This document shows, piece after piece, positions 39,528 through 48,832 of a stretch of DNA of 64,000 bases (the stretch's first letter is position 1; the number at the start of each line of letters is the position of its first letter). The stretch spans positions 466 through 64,465 of the forward strand of contig CALUNU010000013.1 in NCBI GenBank assembly GCA_944322095.1, read 5' to 3'. A program made the translations under genes and the position numbers. The stretch comes from an uncultured Alloprevotella sp. (GTDB lineage Bacteria > Bacteroidota > Bacteroidia > Bacteroidales > Bacteroidaceae). Under the pieces are notes generated by a model that did no database searches, was not told where the DNA came from, and saw only the letters and a program-made list of their open reading frames with translations.

Positions 39528-39543
39528 TCAAACCAAGCAACAG

Positions 39544-40374
39544 ATGAAGACAATAGCGATACAAGGCGTTGAGGGCTCGTTTCACGACATGGCCGCCCAC
39601 CGATATTTCCCGGGCGAAGAAATCAAGCTGGTGTGCTGCAACACGTTCGAAGACGTGTTTGGCAGCATGGAGCACGACCGCGAAATGCTCGGCATGGTGG
39701 CCATCGAAAACACGATAGCCGGCAGCCTGCTCCACAACTACGAGCTGCTGCGCGCCAGCGGGAAGGTCATTGTGGGCGAATACAAGCTGCACATCGAGCA
39801 CAGCCTGCTCTGCCTGCCCGACGACAACTGGGACACGATTGCCGAGGTCCACTCGCACCCGGTGGCCCTGGCCCAGTGCCGGCAGTTCCTGCAAGCTCAC
39901 CCGGCAATGCGTGCCGTCGTGGCCGACGACACGGCCGGCGCCGCCGAAGCCATAGCCCGCGACCGTATGCGCGGGCATGCCGCCATCTGCTCGGCAGATG
40001 CCGCGCCGCTCTACGGCATGAAGGTGCTCCAACAGGCCATCGAGGACAACAAGCACAACTATACGCGCTTTCTGCTGGTGAGCGACCCGCTCTTTGCCAA
40101 CGATTTGCGCACGCCCGACCGCACGGACAAGAGTTCGATTGTCTTTACCTTGCCGCATGAAGAGGGCAGCCTCTCGCAGGTGCTCTCCATCTTTACCTTC
40201 TACAAAATCAACCTGACGAAAATACAGTCGTTGCCCATCGTTGGCCGCGAGTGGGAATATCTGTTCTACATCGACGTGACGTACAGCGACTATCTGCGCT
40301 TCCGGCAGAGCATCGAAGCCGTGCGCCCCCTGACGAAACAACTGAAAATACTCGGAGAATATGCAGCTTGTTGA
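39544..40374 (+). CDS. pheA: Prephenate dehydratase with ACT domain (276 aa)
   Basis: MKTIAIQGVEGSFH, AIENTIAGS, SHPVALAQC, NYTRF, NLTKIQSLP. Confidence 0.95.
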   Translation: MKTIAIQGVEGSFHDMAAHRYFPGEEIKLVCCNTFEDVFGSMEHDREMLGMVAIENTIAGSLLHNYELLRASGKVIVGEYKLHIEHSLLCLPDDNWDTIAEVHSHPVALAQCRQFLQAHPAMRAVVADDTAGAAEAIARDRMRGHAAICSADAAPLYGMKVLQQAIEDNKHNYTRFLLVSDPLFANDLRTPDRTDKSSIVFTLPHEEGSLSQVLSIFTFYKINLTKIQSLPIVGREWEYLFYIDVTYSDYLRFRQSIEAVRPLTKQLKILGEYAAC

Positions 40375-41566
40375 GAAAAAAACATGCGCCATTCGCCCCG
40401 CCGACCGCCTGGCGACCGTGAGCGAATATTATTTCAGCCGAAAAGGCAAGGAAATAGCCCGTCTGAACGCCGCCGGGCAGGACATCATCAGCCTGGCCAT
40501 AGGGAGCCCCGACATGCCACCCTCGCCCGAGACGGTCGAAACCCTCTGCCGCGAGGCACGCCGCGACGATGCCCACGGCTATCAGCCGACGGCGGGCACG
40601 CCCGAGCTGCGCCGCGCCATGAGCGGCTTCTACAAGCGTTGGTATGGGGTGGAGCTCGACCCCGCCAGCGAGATACAGCCGCTCATCGGCTCGAAGGAGG
40701 GCATCCTGCACGTCACGCTGGCTTTTGTGAACCCCGGTGAGCGCGTTCTGGTGCCCAATCCCGGCTACCCCACCTACACATCGCTGAGTCGCCTGCTGGG
40801 CTGCGAGGTCGTCTATTACGACTTGCGCCCCGAGCTGGGCTGGCAGCCCGACTTTGACCAGCTGGAAAACATGGATCTTACGGGCGTGCGCCTTTTGTGG
40901 AGCAACTACCCGCACATGCCCACCGGGGCCCCCGCACGCATGGAGACCTACGAGCGCCTGGTCGGCTTTGCCCGCCGCCACGGCATCGTCGTCGTCAACG
41001 ACAATCCGTACAGCTTCATCCTCAACCGCGAGCGCAGGAGCCTGCTCCAAGTGGACGGTGCCAAGGAATGCTGCATCGAGTTCAACTCGATGAGCAAGAG
41101 CCACAACATGCCGGGCTGGCGCGTGGGCATGCTGGCCTCGAACGCCGAGTTTGTCAGCTGGGTGCTCAAGGTGAAGAGCAACATCGACTCGGGCACGTTC
41201 CGCCCGCTCCAACTGGCCGCCGCCCGTGCCTACGAAAACAGCGAGGCCTGGCACATCGAAGCCAACGTCAACGTATATGCCCGCCGGCGCCATCTGGCCG
41301 GCGCCATCATGGACGCCCTGGGCTGCACCTGCGACCCCGCCCAGGTGGGCATGTTCCTGTGGGGCCGCATCCCCGATGCATATGCCGACGCCGAGGAGCT
41401 CACCGAGCGCGTGCTCCGCGAGAGCCGCGTGTTCATTACGCCGGGCTTCATCTTCGGCTCGAACGGCAGGCGCTATGTGCGCATTTCCCTCTGTGCAAAA
41501 GAAGAAAGAATGGCCGAAGCCCTCGGCCGCATCCGCGATACGTTCAACACATTATCCACCCGTTAA
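40361..41566 (+). CDS. PLP-dependent class I/II aminotransferase
   Basis: IGSPD, GSKEG, PNPGYP, NYPHMPTG, DNPY, SMSKSHNMPGWRVG. Confidence 0.9.
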   Translation: MQLVEKKTCAIRPADRLATVSEYYFSRKGKEIARLNAAGQDIISLAIGSPDMPPSPETVETLCREARRDDAHGYQPTAGTPELRRAMSGFYKRWYGVELDPASEIQPLIGSKEGILHVTLAFVNPGERVLVPNPGYPTYTSLSRLLGCEVVYYDLRPELGWQPDFDQLENMDLTGVRLLWSNYPHMPTGAPARMETYERLVGFARRHGIVVVNDNPYSFILNRERRSLLQVDGAKECCIEFNSMSKSHNMPGWRVGMLASNAEFVSWVLKVKSNIDSGTFRPLQLAAARAYENSEAWHIEANVNVYARRRHLAGAIMDALGCTCDPAQVGMFLWGRIPDAYADAEELTERVLRESRVFITPGFIFGSNGRRYVRISLCAKEERMAEALGRIRDTFNTLSTR

Positions 41567-41578
41567 AACATCTTGACC

Positions 41579-42649
41579 ATGGAACTCCATCTTGAACCCT
41601 TGCGTCTCCCGGGCATCGACCCGAAGCGCCCCGTTGTCGTCGCCGGCCCCTGCTCGGCCGAGACCGAAGAACAGGTGATGACCACCGCCACGCAGCTCTG
41701 CAAGAAGGGCATCAAAATATTCCGCGCGGGCATTTGGAAACCCCGCACCAAGCCCGGCGGCTTCGAGGGCGTGGGCACGGTGGGCCTGCCGTGGATGCAG
41801 CGCGTGCAGCAGGAGCTGGGCATGCTCGTGGCCACTGAGGTGGCTACGCCGCGCCACGTCGAGGCTGCCCTCGAAGCAGGCATCGACCTGCTCTGGGTGG
41901 GCGCACGCACGGTGGCCAACCCGTTTGCCATGCAGGAACTGGCCGACTCGCTGCGCGGCGCCGACGTGCCCGTGCTGGTGAAAAACCCCGTCAACCCCGA
42001 CCTTGAGCTCTGGATTGGTGGCCTGGAACGCATCAACGGGGCGGGCATCACGCGCCTGGGCGTCATCCACCGCGGCTTTTCGTCCTACGACAAGAAGCTC
42101 TACCGCAACCTGCCCATGTGGCACATCCCCATTGAGCTCCACCGCCGCATCCCGGCGCTGCCCATCTTCGGCGACCCGAGCCACATCGGCGGCAAGCGCG
42201 AGCTCATAGCCCCGCTCTGCCAGCAGGCCATGGACCTGGGCTTCGACGGCCTCGTGGTGGAAAGCCACTGCTGCCCCGACGAGGCGTGGAGCGACGCCGC
42301 CCAGCAGGTGACGCCCGACGTGCTCGACTTCATCCTCGACAAGCTCGTCATCCGCGAGGCGACGCAGAGCACCGAAAGCCTGGAAACCCTGCGCAGGCAG
42401 ATTGATGAATGCGACAACTCCATCCTCGAACTGCTGGCGCGTCGCATGAGAGTAAGCCGCGAAATCGGCTTGTACAAGCGCGAACACAACATGACCGTCG
42501 TGCAGGCCAGCCGCTACTCGGAGATACTCGAAAAGCGCGGCGCGCAGGGCGTGCTCTGCGGCATGAGCGCCGAGTTTATGAAAGCTGTCTTCGAGGCCAT
42601 CCACGAAGAAAGCGTGCGCCAGCAGATAGAAATCATGAACAAGGAATAA
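41579..42649 (+). CDS. Bifunctional DAHP synthase / chorismate mutase
   Basis: AGPCSAE, RAGIWKPRT, VGARTVANPF, IHRG, DPSHIGG, DGLVVESH, then a CM domain (LRRQIDECDNSILELLARRM). Confidence 0.93.
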   Translation: MELHLEPLRLPGIDPKRPVVVAGPCSAETEEQVMTTATQLCKKGIKIFRAGIWKPRTKPGGFEGVGTVGLPWMQRVQQELGMLVATEVATPRHVEAALEAGIDLLWVGARTVANPFAMQELADSLRGADVPVLVKNPVNPDLELWIGGLERINGAGITRLGVIHRGFSSYDKKLYRNLPMWHIPIELHRRIPALPIFGDPSHIGGKRELIAPLCQQAMDLGFDGLVVESHCCPDEAWSDAAQQVTPDVLDFILDKLVIREATQSTESLETLRRQIDECDNSILELLARRMRVSREIGLYKREHNMTVVQASRYSEILEKRGAQGVLCGMSAEFMKAVFEAIHEESVRQQIEIMNKE

Positions 42650-42662
42650 ACAGACAGGAAAG

Positions 42663-43436
42663 ATGCGTATCCTCATATTGGGAGCAGGCAAGATGGGCTC
42701 GTTCTTCGTCGACCTGCTCAGCTTCGACCACGAGACGGCTGTCTACGACGTCGACCCGCGCCGCCTGCGCTTCATGTACAACACGCAGCGCTTCACGCAA
42801 GCCGAGGAAATCGAGGCCTTCCGCCCCGAACTGGTGATTAACGCCGTGACGCTCGAACGCACGCTCGACGTGTTTCGCAGCGTCGTCCCCTTGCTGCCGC
42901 CCGACTGCATCATCAGCGACATCGCCTCGGTGAAAACGGGCCTGAAAGACTATTACGACACGTGCGGCCGCCGCTACGTGTCGACCCACCCCATGTTCGG
43001 CCCCACCTTTGCCAACCTCGGGGCGCTCAGTTCCGAAAACGCCATCGTCATCTCCGAGGGCGACTATATGGGGCGCATCTTTTTCAAGGATCTCTACGCG
43101 CGCCTCGGTCTTCACGTGTGCGAATACACGTTCGACGAGCACGATGAAACCGTGGCCTATTCGCTGAGTATCCCCTTCGTCTCCACATTCGTCTTTGCCG
43201 CCGTCATGAAGCACCAGGACGCGCCGGGCACCACCTTTAAGCGCCATCTGCAAATAGCCAAAGGCGTGCTGGGCGAGGACGACTGCCTGCTGCGCGAAAT
43301 TCTGTTCAACCCGCGCACGGGCGGCCAGGTGTCGAAAATTCGCGACGAGCTGACCGCCCTGCTCGACATCATAGACCGCCGCGACGCAGGGGCCCTCGAC
43401 GCCTACTTGCAGCGTATCCGCGGCAATATAAGGTGA
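42663..43436 (+). CDS. tyrA: Prephenate dehydrogenase
   Basis: ILILGAGKMG Rossmann fold, DIASVK, HPMFGP, EHDETVAY. Confidence 0.93.
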   Translation: MRILILGAGKMGSFFVDLLSFDHETAVYDVDPRRLRFMYNTQRFTQAEEIEAFRPELVINAVTLERTLDVFRSVVPLLPPDCIISDIASVKTGLKDYYDTCGRRYVSTHPMFGPTFANLGALSSENAIVISEGDYMGRIFFKDLYARLGLHVCEYTFDEHDETVAYSLSIPFVSTFVFAAVMKHQDAPGTTFKRHLQIAKGVLGEDDCLLREILFNPRTGGQVSKIRDELTALLDIIDRRDAGALDAYLQRIRGNIR

Positions 43437-43442
43437 CAGTGG

Positions 43443-43587
43443 AGAATTGACAATTGACAATTGAGAATTGACAATTGACAATGTGCAATGGAGGGTTGAC
43501 AGAGGACAATTGAGAGCAAGTGCTTTTCAATTGTCCTCTGTCCATTCCTAATTGTCAATTGTCCATTGTCCATTGTCAATTGAATTC
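43443..43587. repeat. Second inverted heptamer-array element with long central hairpin
   Basis: gaattga caattga caattga gaattga caattga on the left and taattgt caattgt ccattgt ccattgt caattga on the right. Perfect 16-bp inverted repeat at 43498-43513 / 43527-43542. Confidence 0.88.
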
Positions 43588-43784
43588 CTTATTGCACACT
43601 TCCGTAAAAGTCGTGCAATAGCAAGCGGGGCTTACATTTGAGCCCTCCGGCGGCGAAAAACTTCTAAAAAAGCGCCATCGCTTGTCCGCCTTTGGCGGAT
43701 TGTATGAAATAAATCCTTAACTTTGTGGGCGTTTGGGCCGGATAGGCCCGAGGAAACGACAAAACTTTACCACACATATTGGAT

Positions 43785-45554
43785 ATGAAAAGAAAGATAC
43801 AGTTCAGCCTCGTCTATCGCGACATGTTCCAGTCGGCTGGCAAGTTCCAGCCGCGCAAGGACCAGTTGGAGCGCATAGCCCCCGTCATCATCAAGATGGG
43901 TTGCTTCGCCCGCGTCGAGACCAACGGCGGAGCCTTTGAGCAAGTGAACCTCCTTTATGGCGAGAACCCCAACCAGGCTGTCCGCGCCTTTACGAAGCCC
44001 TTCAACGAAGCCGGCATCAAGACGCACATGCTCGACCGCGGCCTGAATGCCCTGCGCATGTTCCCCTGCCCGGCCGATCTTCGCCGCCTGCAATACAAGG
44101 TGAAGCACGCTCAGGGCGTCGACATCCCCCGCATTTTTTGCGGCTTGAACGACGTGCGCAACATTATCCCCTCCATTCATTATGCGCTCGAAGCCGGTAT
44201 GACGCCTCAGGCCACGCTCTGCATCACCAATTCGCCCATTCACACGGCTGAATATTACAGCGCCATCGCCGACCAGCTCATCGAGGCCGGCGCCCCCGAA
44301 ATCTGCTTGAAAGACATGGCCGGCATCGGCCAGCCCGCCCTCTTGGGCAAGCTCTGCGGCATGATTAAGACGAAGCACCCCGAGGTCGTAGTGCAATACC
44401 ACGGCCACAACGGCCCCGGCCTCGTCATGGCCAGCATCCTCGAAGTGTGCAAGAACGGCTGCGACATCGTCGACGTCGCCATGGAGCCCCTTTCCTGGGG
44501 TAAGGGCCACGCCGACGTGCTCTCCGTCCAGTCGATGCTGAAACACTACGGCTTCGACGTGCCCGAAGTCAACATGGAGGCTTACATGGAGGCCCGCGCC
44601 CTCACGCAGGAATTCATGGACGACTTCCTGGGCTACTTCATGGACCCCAACAACAAGCTTATGAGCTCGCTCCTCCTCGGCTGCGGTCTGCCCGGCGGCA
44701 TGATGGGCTCCATGATGGCCGACCTCAAAGGCGTTATGAACGCCATCAACATGAACCTTGCCAAGAAGGGCGAAAAGGAACTCTCCGAGGACGAGCTCCT
44801 GGTGCGCCTCTTCGACGAAGTGGCCTACGTATGGCCGCGCGTGGGCTATCCTCCCCTCGTGACGCCGTTCAGCCAGTATGTGAAGAACATTGCCCTGATG
44901 AACCTCCTCATGCAGTCGCAGGACAAACCGCGCTTCTCCATGATGGACGACAACATGTGGGGCATGATTCTCGGCAAGAGCGGAAAACTGCCCGGAGAGG
45001 TGGCGCCCGAAATCGTTGCGTTGGCCAAGGAAAAGGGCTACGAGTTCTCCACCACCGACCCGCAGGAAAACTATCCCGACGACCTCGACCGCTTCCGCAA
45101 GGAGATGGCCGAGAACGGCTGGGACGAAGGCCCCGACCAGGAGGAGCTTTACGAGTTTGCCATGCACGAAAAGCAGTATCGCGACTACAAGAGCGGCGTA
45201 GCCAAGAAACGTTTCCTGGCCGACCTGCAAGCCGCCAAGGACAAGCAATCGGCCGGCCACATGAGCCTCGAAGAAGCTACGGCCTTCAAGCACGCCAAGG
45301 CCGATGCCGTTGTGGCTCCCGAGAGCGGCATCGTGCTGTGGGAAATCGGCGGCGACGGCGAATGCGTCAAAGCCATTGAGCCCTACATCGGCAAGACCTA
45401 TGCCGAGGGCGAGCGCTTCTGTTACATCGAGAACACGCACGGACAAATCATCGAAATCCCCGCAGCGCTGGGCGGCAAGCTCGTTGAGGTGGCAGCCAAG
45501 CAGGGCGGCCACGTGAGCAAGGGCGACGCCCTGGCCTACATCGAGCGCGCATAA
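43785..45554 (+). CDS. Oxaloacetate decarboxylase alpha / pyruvate carboxylase B-like carboxyltransferase with degenerate biotinyl-like domain
   Basis: RDMFQS, GGAFEQ, CLKDMAG, YHGHN, GYPPLVTPFSQYV. C-terminal barrel-sandwich pattern (PAALGGKLVEV...VSKGDAL). Confidence 0.82.
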   Translation: MKRKIQFSLVYRDMFQSAGKFQPRKDQLERIAPVIIKMGCFARVETNGGAFEQVNLLYGENPNQAVRAFTKPFNEAGIKTHMLDRGLNALRMFPCPADLRRLQYKVKHAQGVDIPRIFCGLNDVRNIIPSIHYALEAGMTPQATLCITNSPIHTAEYYSAIADQLIEAGAPEICLKDMAGIGQPALLGKLCGMIKTKHPEVVVQYHGHNGPGLVMASILEVCKNGCDIVDVAMEPLSWGKGHADVLSVQSMLKHYGFDVPEVNMEAYMEARALTQEFMDDFLGYFMDPNNKLMSSLLLGCGLPGGMMGSMMADLKGVMNAINMNLAKKGEKELSEDELLVRLFDEVAYVWPRVGYPPLVTPFSQYVKNIALMNLLMQSQDKPRFSMMDDNMWGMILGKSGKLPGEVAPEIVALAKEKGYEFSTTDPQENYPDDLDRFRKEMAENGWDEGPDQEELYEFAMHEKQYRDYKSGVAKKRFLADLQAAKDKQSAGHMSLEEATAFKHAKADAVVAPESGIVLWEIGGDGECVKAIEPYIGKTYAEGERFCYIENTHGQIIEIPAALGGKLVEVAAKQGGHVSKGDALAYIERA

Positions 45555-45897
45555 CGCCCCCTCCGTCCTGCCACCGGCCGGACGAAAGGCATCTTTTTCA
45601 TACAACGCGGTCCCGCACGCCACCCTCTCCCCTGAGGAAGCGTGCGGGGCCGTGGCTATGTAAGCAGTGAGTGTGCGCGACGCGGCCGTTGCCCGCCGGG
45701 GCTCCCGAGCAGCAAGGCGTAAACAGTTTTTAACGCCGTGGCAGCCTTCTTTTTCCACGCCTGCAAGGGGCTGGCAACTGATGAATTTTCCTATTCGCCT
45801 GATACATAGCGAATAGCATCTTTTGCTGCTTGCAGAAGGCCCCGCAACAGGCCCATTTCAGCCCATTTTTGCACAAAATGCAGGCCTTGCTTGGCCA

Positions 45898-45956
45898 ACA
45901 ACAGGCCTTGGATTTCAAAATCCATCCCATGGATTCAGAAATCCAAGGCCTGTTGT
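45898..45956. repeat. 19-bp perfect inverted repeat enclosing degenerate 21-bp units
   Basis: ACAACAGGCCTTGGATTTC (45898-45916) / GAAATCCAAGGCCTGTTGT (45938-45956), with an inner AATCCAT/ATGGATT stem. Confidence 0.8.
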
Positions 45957-46293
45957 CGCGAACCCGACGCCATTTTAAGGCGAAACGCCCCTCCCCGAAA
46001 GCTGAAACGCGTGCCCCGCCCTGTCATTATTTTTTGGAAAAACAGCGTTTTGCCAAATAGCGCACAGAAGAAGGCCGGCAGCAGGAGCTCCGTAGCATTG
46101 TGTGGCTCTATCTTCGCGTCTTTCTGAGAGTTGGCGGCGGCGCTATTTTCGAAAATAAAGCCAGTCAGCCCCTTTGAGCGGCCACATATTTCTTATATTT
46201 GCACGCAGAGCCAGCCGGGCGGGTGCCCGAAAGCAGGGGGGCGGAAGCTATCCCCCGCATGCGGCGGCCGTCATTCATAACAAGGAGGCAAAG

Positions 46294-47199
46294 ATGTACA
46301 GCAACAACATTTTAGAGACCGTCGGGCAGACGCCGATGGTGCGCATCGCGAAACTCTCGCCCAATCCCCGCGTTTCGATATTTGCCAAGCTGGAAGGGTT
46401 CAACCCGACGGGCAGCATCAAAGACCGCATCGCTCTGAAAATGGTGGAAGAGGCCGAGCGGAGCGGCAGGCTCCGCCCGGGCATGACCATCATTGAGCCC
46501 ACGTCGGGCAACACGGGCATTGCCTTGGCCGCCATCGGCGCCGTCAGGGGCTATCGCGTGGAGATTGTGATGAGCCGCGCCGTATCGGTGGAGCGCAGGC
46601 AGATGATACGCGCCTATGGTGCCACCGTGCGCCTCACACCTGCCGACGAGGGCACGGATGGGGCCATCCGTCTGGCGCGCCGCCTGGTGGGCGAGCACCC
46701 CGACCGCTATTTCATGCCCGACCAGTTCTCGAACGCGTGCAACTATCTGGCCCATTACGAAAGTACCGCGCTGGAAATATGGCAGCAGATGGAGGGGCAG
46801 ATCGATTATCTGGTGTGTGCGCTCGGCACGTCGGGCACGCTCATGGGCCTTTCGCGCTTCTTGAAGATGATGAACCCCGACATTCGCTGCGTGTGCGCTC
46901 ACCCCGTGCGGGGCCACTACATTCAGGGATTGAAAAACATGGAGGAGGCCATTGTGCCGGCCATCTACGACGAGTCGCTCATCGACGTGCAGGAGATGAT
47001 AGGGAGCGAGGAGGCCATAGACACGGCCCGCCGCATCATTGCCTGCGAGGGCATTTTTGCAGGCATGAGCAGCGGCGCGGCCATGCTCGCCGCCATGCGC
47101 ACGGCCGAAAGGATAGACGGCGGCCGCATCGTTGTTGTTTTCCCCGACCGGGCCGAAAAATATCTGAGCACCCGTATGTTCGAGGGCTTGGACGGCTGA
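46294..47199 (+). CDS. cysM: Cysteine synthase (CysK/CysM family, 301 aa)
   Basis: EGFNPTGSIKDR (PLP lysine), EPTSGNTG, QFSN, GTSGT, GMSSGA. AAGGAGG precedes the ATG at 46294. Confidence 0.9.
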   Translation: MYSNNILETVGQTPMVRIAKLSPNPRVSIFAKLEGFNPTGSIKDRIALKMVEEAERSGRLRPGMTIIEPTSGNTGIALAAIGAVRGYRVEIVMSRAVSVERRQMIRAYGATVRLTPADEGTDGAIRLARRLVGEHPDRYFMPDQFSNACNYLAHYESTALEIWQQMEGQIDYLVCALGTSGTLMGLSRFLKMMNPDIRCVCAHPVRGHYIQGLKNMEEAIVPAIYDESLIDVQEMIGSEEAIDTARRIIACEGIFAGMSSGAAMLAAMRTAERIDGGRIVVVFPDRAEKYLSTRMFEGLDG

Positions 47200-47317
47200 C
47201 TGCGCAGGCGGTGGCTGCGAAAATCAGTATTATGGTGAGGCTTTTCCGTAAAAGTGGTAAGCTGGAAAAGACAGGGGCGGGGTAACTTTGCAACCAATCC
47301 ATCAAAAGAAAAGATTT

Positions 47318-48814
47318 ATGCTACGTAAAATAAGACGTGTGCTTGCCGTCGTGTTTTTCGCAGCCGTTACGCTGCTCTTTCTCGATTTTACGGGGACGCT
47401 CCACGCCTGGTTGGGCTGGACGGCCCGGGTGCAGTTTCTGCCGGCGCTGCTGGCGCTCAACGTGGGCGTCGTGGCGCTGCTCGTGGTGCTCACGCTCGTG
47501 CTGGGTCGGGTCTACTGTTCTGTTATCTGTCCGCTGGGCGTGATGCAGGACGTCTTTGCCTGGGCGGGGCGGAAGCGAAAGAAGAACCGCTACACCCATT
47601 CGCCCGCCCTGACGTGGCTCAGGTGGAGCGTGCTGGCGGTCTTTGTGCTGGCGCTGGTGGCCGGCATCGGGCCGCTGGTGGCGCTGCTGGCGCCATACAG
47701 TTCGTACGGGCGGATGGCGAGCCATCTGTTTGCCCCCATATACGCCTGGGGCAACAATCTGCTGGCCTATGTGGCCGAGCGGGTCGACAGCTATGCTTTC
47801 TACGAAACGGAGGTGTGGATAAAGGGGCTGCCCACATTTATCATCGCCCTGCTTTCCTTTATTATAATAGGTGTGCTGGCGTGGCGCGGCGGGCGCACTT
47901 ATTGCAACACCATCTGTCCCGTGGGGACGGTGCTGGGTTTCCTGGCGCGCTATTCGTGGCTGAAGCCGGTGATCGACGCCGACCGTTGCGTGAACTGCAA
48001 GCTGTGTGAGCGCAACTGCAAGGCCTCTTGCATCGACATTGCCCACCACCAGATCGATTACAGCCGTTGCGTGGCGTGCATGGACTGCATCGCAACGTGC
48101 CACAAGGGAGCCATCAGCTATAAGCACCCCGCGAAGAGGGCTGCCGCCGTGCCCGATGAGGCCGCTGCCGCCGACGGACCGTCCGACGGAGGCCGCCGCA
48201 CCTTTCTGACGGCTACGGCCATGGCAGCCACGGCGGCCGCTCTGAAAGCGCAGGGGAAAAAGGTGGACGGCGGTCTGGCCGTCATCGAGGACAAGCAGGT
48301 GCCCCATCGCGCCGTGCCGCTTGTGCCGGCGGGAGCATGGAGCGCCCAGCATTTTGCCCAGCATTGCACCGCCTGCCAGCTCTGCGTGTCGGTGTGTCCG
48401 AACGGGGTGCTGCGGCCGTCCACCGACCTGGGGCGACTGATGCAGCCCGAGATGAGCTATGAGCGGGGCTACTGCCGGCCGGAGTGTACGAAGTGTGGCG
48501 AGGTGTGCCCGGCGGGGGCAATACGCCCGGTCACGGTGGCCGAGAAATCGTCGATACAGACGGGCCACGCCGTGTGGATCAGGCAGAACTGCGTGCCGCT
48601 GACCGACGGCGTGGCGTGTGGCAACTGCGCCCGCCATTGCCCCACGGGAGCCATCCAGATGGTGCCCTCGGTCGAGGCCGATCCCGCTTCGCCCAAGATA
48701 CCGGTGGTCAACGAGGAGCGCTGCATCGGTTGCGGAGCTTGCGAGAACCTTTGCCCGGCGCGGCCGTTCAGTGCGATTTACGTGGAAGGGCACGAGGTAC
48801 ACAGGGAAATATAA
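47318..48814 (+). CDS. Membrane polyferredoxin (NapH/YccM-like 4Fe-4S protein)
   Basis: TM helices, YCSVICP and YCNTICP, multiple CxxCxxCxxxC motifs. TAACTTTG box at 47283-47290. Confidence 0.88.
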   Translation: MLRKIRRVLAVVFFAAVTLLFLDFTGTLHAWLGWTARVQFLPALLALNVGVVALLVVLTLVLGRVYCSVICPLGVMQDVFAWAGRKRKKNRYTHSPALTWLRWSVLAVFVLALVAGIGPLVALLAPYSSYGRMASHLFAPIYAWGNNLLAYVAERVDSYAFYETEVWIKGLPTFIIALLSFIIIGVLAWRGGRTYCNTICPVGTVLGFLARYSWLKPVIDADRCVNCKLCERNCKASCIDIAHHQIDYSRCVACMDCIATCHKGAISYKHPAKRAAAVPDEAAAADGPSDGGRRTFLTATAMAATAAALKAQGKKVDGGLAVIEDKQVPHRAVPLVPAGAWSAQHFAQHCTACQLCVSVCPNGVLRPSTDLGRLMQPEMSYERGYCRPECTKCGEVCPAGAIRPVTVAEKSSIQTGHAVWIRQNCVPLTDGVACGNCARHCPTGAIQMVPSVEADPASPKIPVVNEERCIGCGACENLCPARPFSAIYVEGHEVHREI

Positions 48815-48832
48815 CGAAAAAACGCGACGTTT

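Noticed and set aside
45830-46127. Short ORFs in the carboxyltransferase-cysM spacer
   Set aside because: They translate repeat or palindrome sequence and have atypical composition, so they are probably spurious.
46202-46270. SAM-I riboswitch upstream of cysteine synthase
   Set aside because: Fragments such as AGAG, GGUGC and GCAG are present, but the AUC/GAU P1 helix, kink-turn and GGCAACC core are missing and the region is too short.
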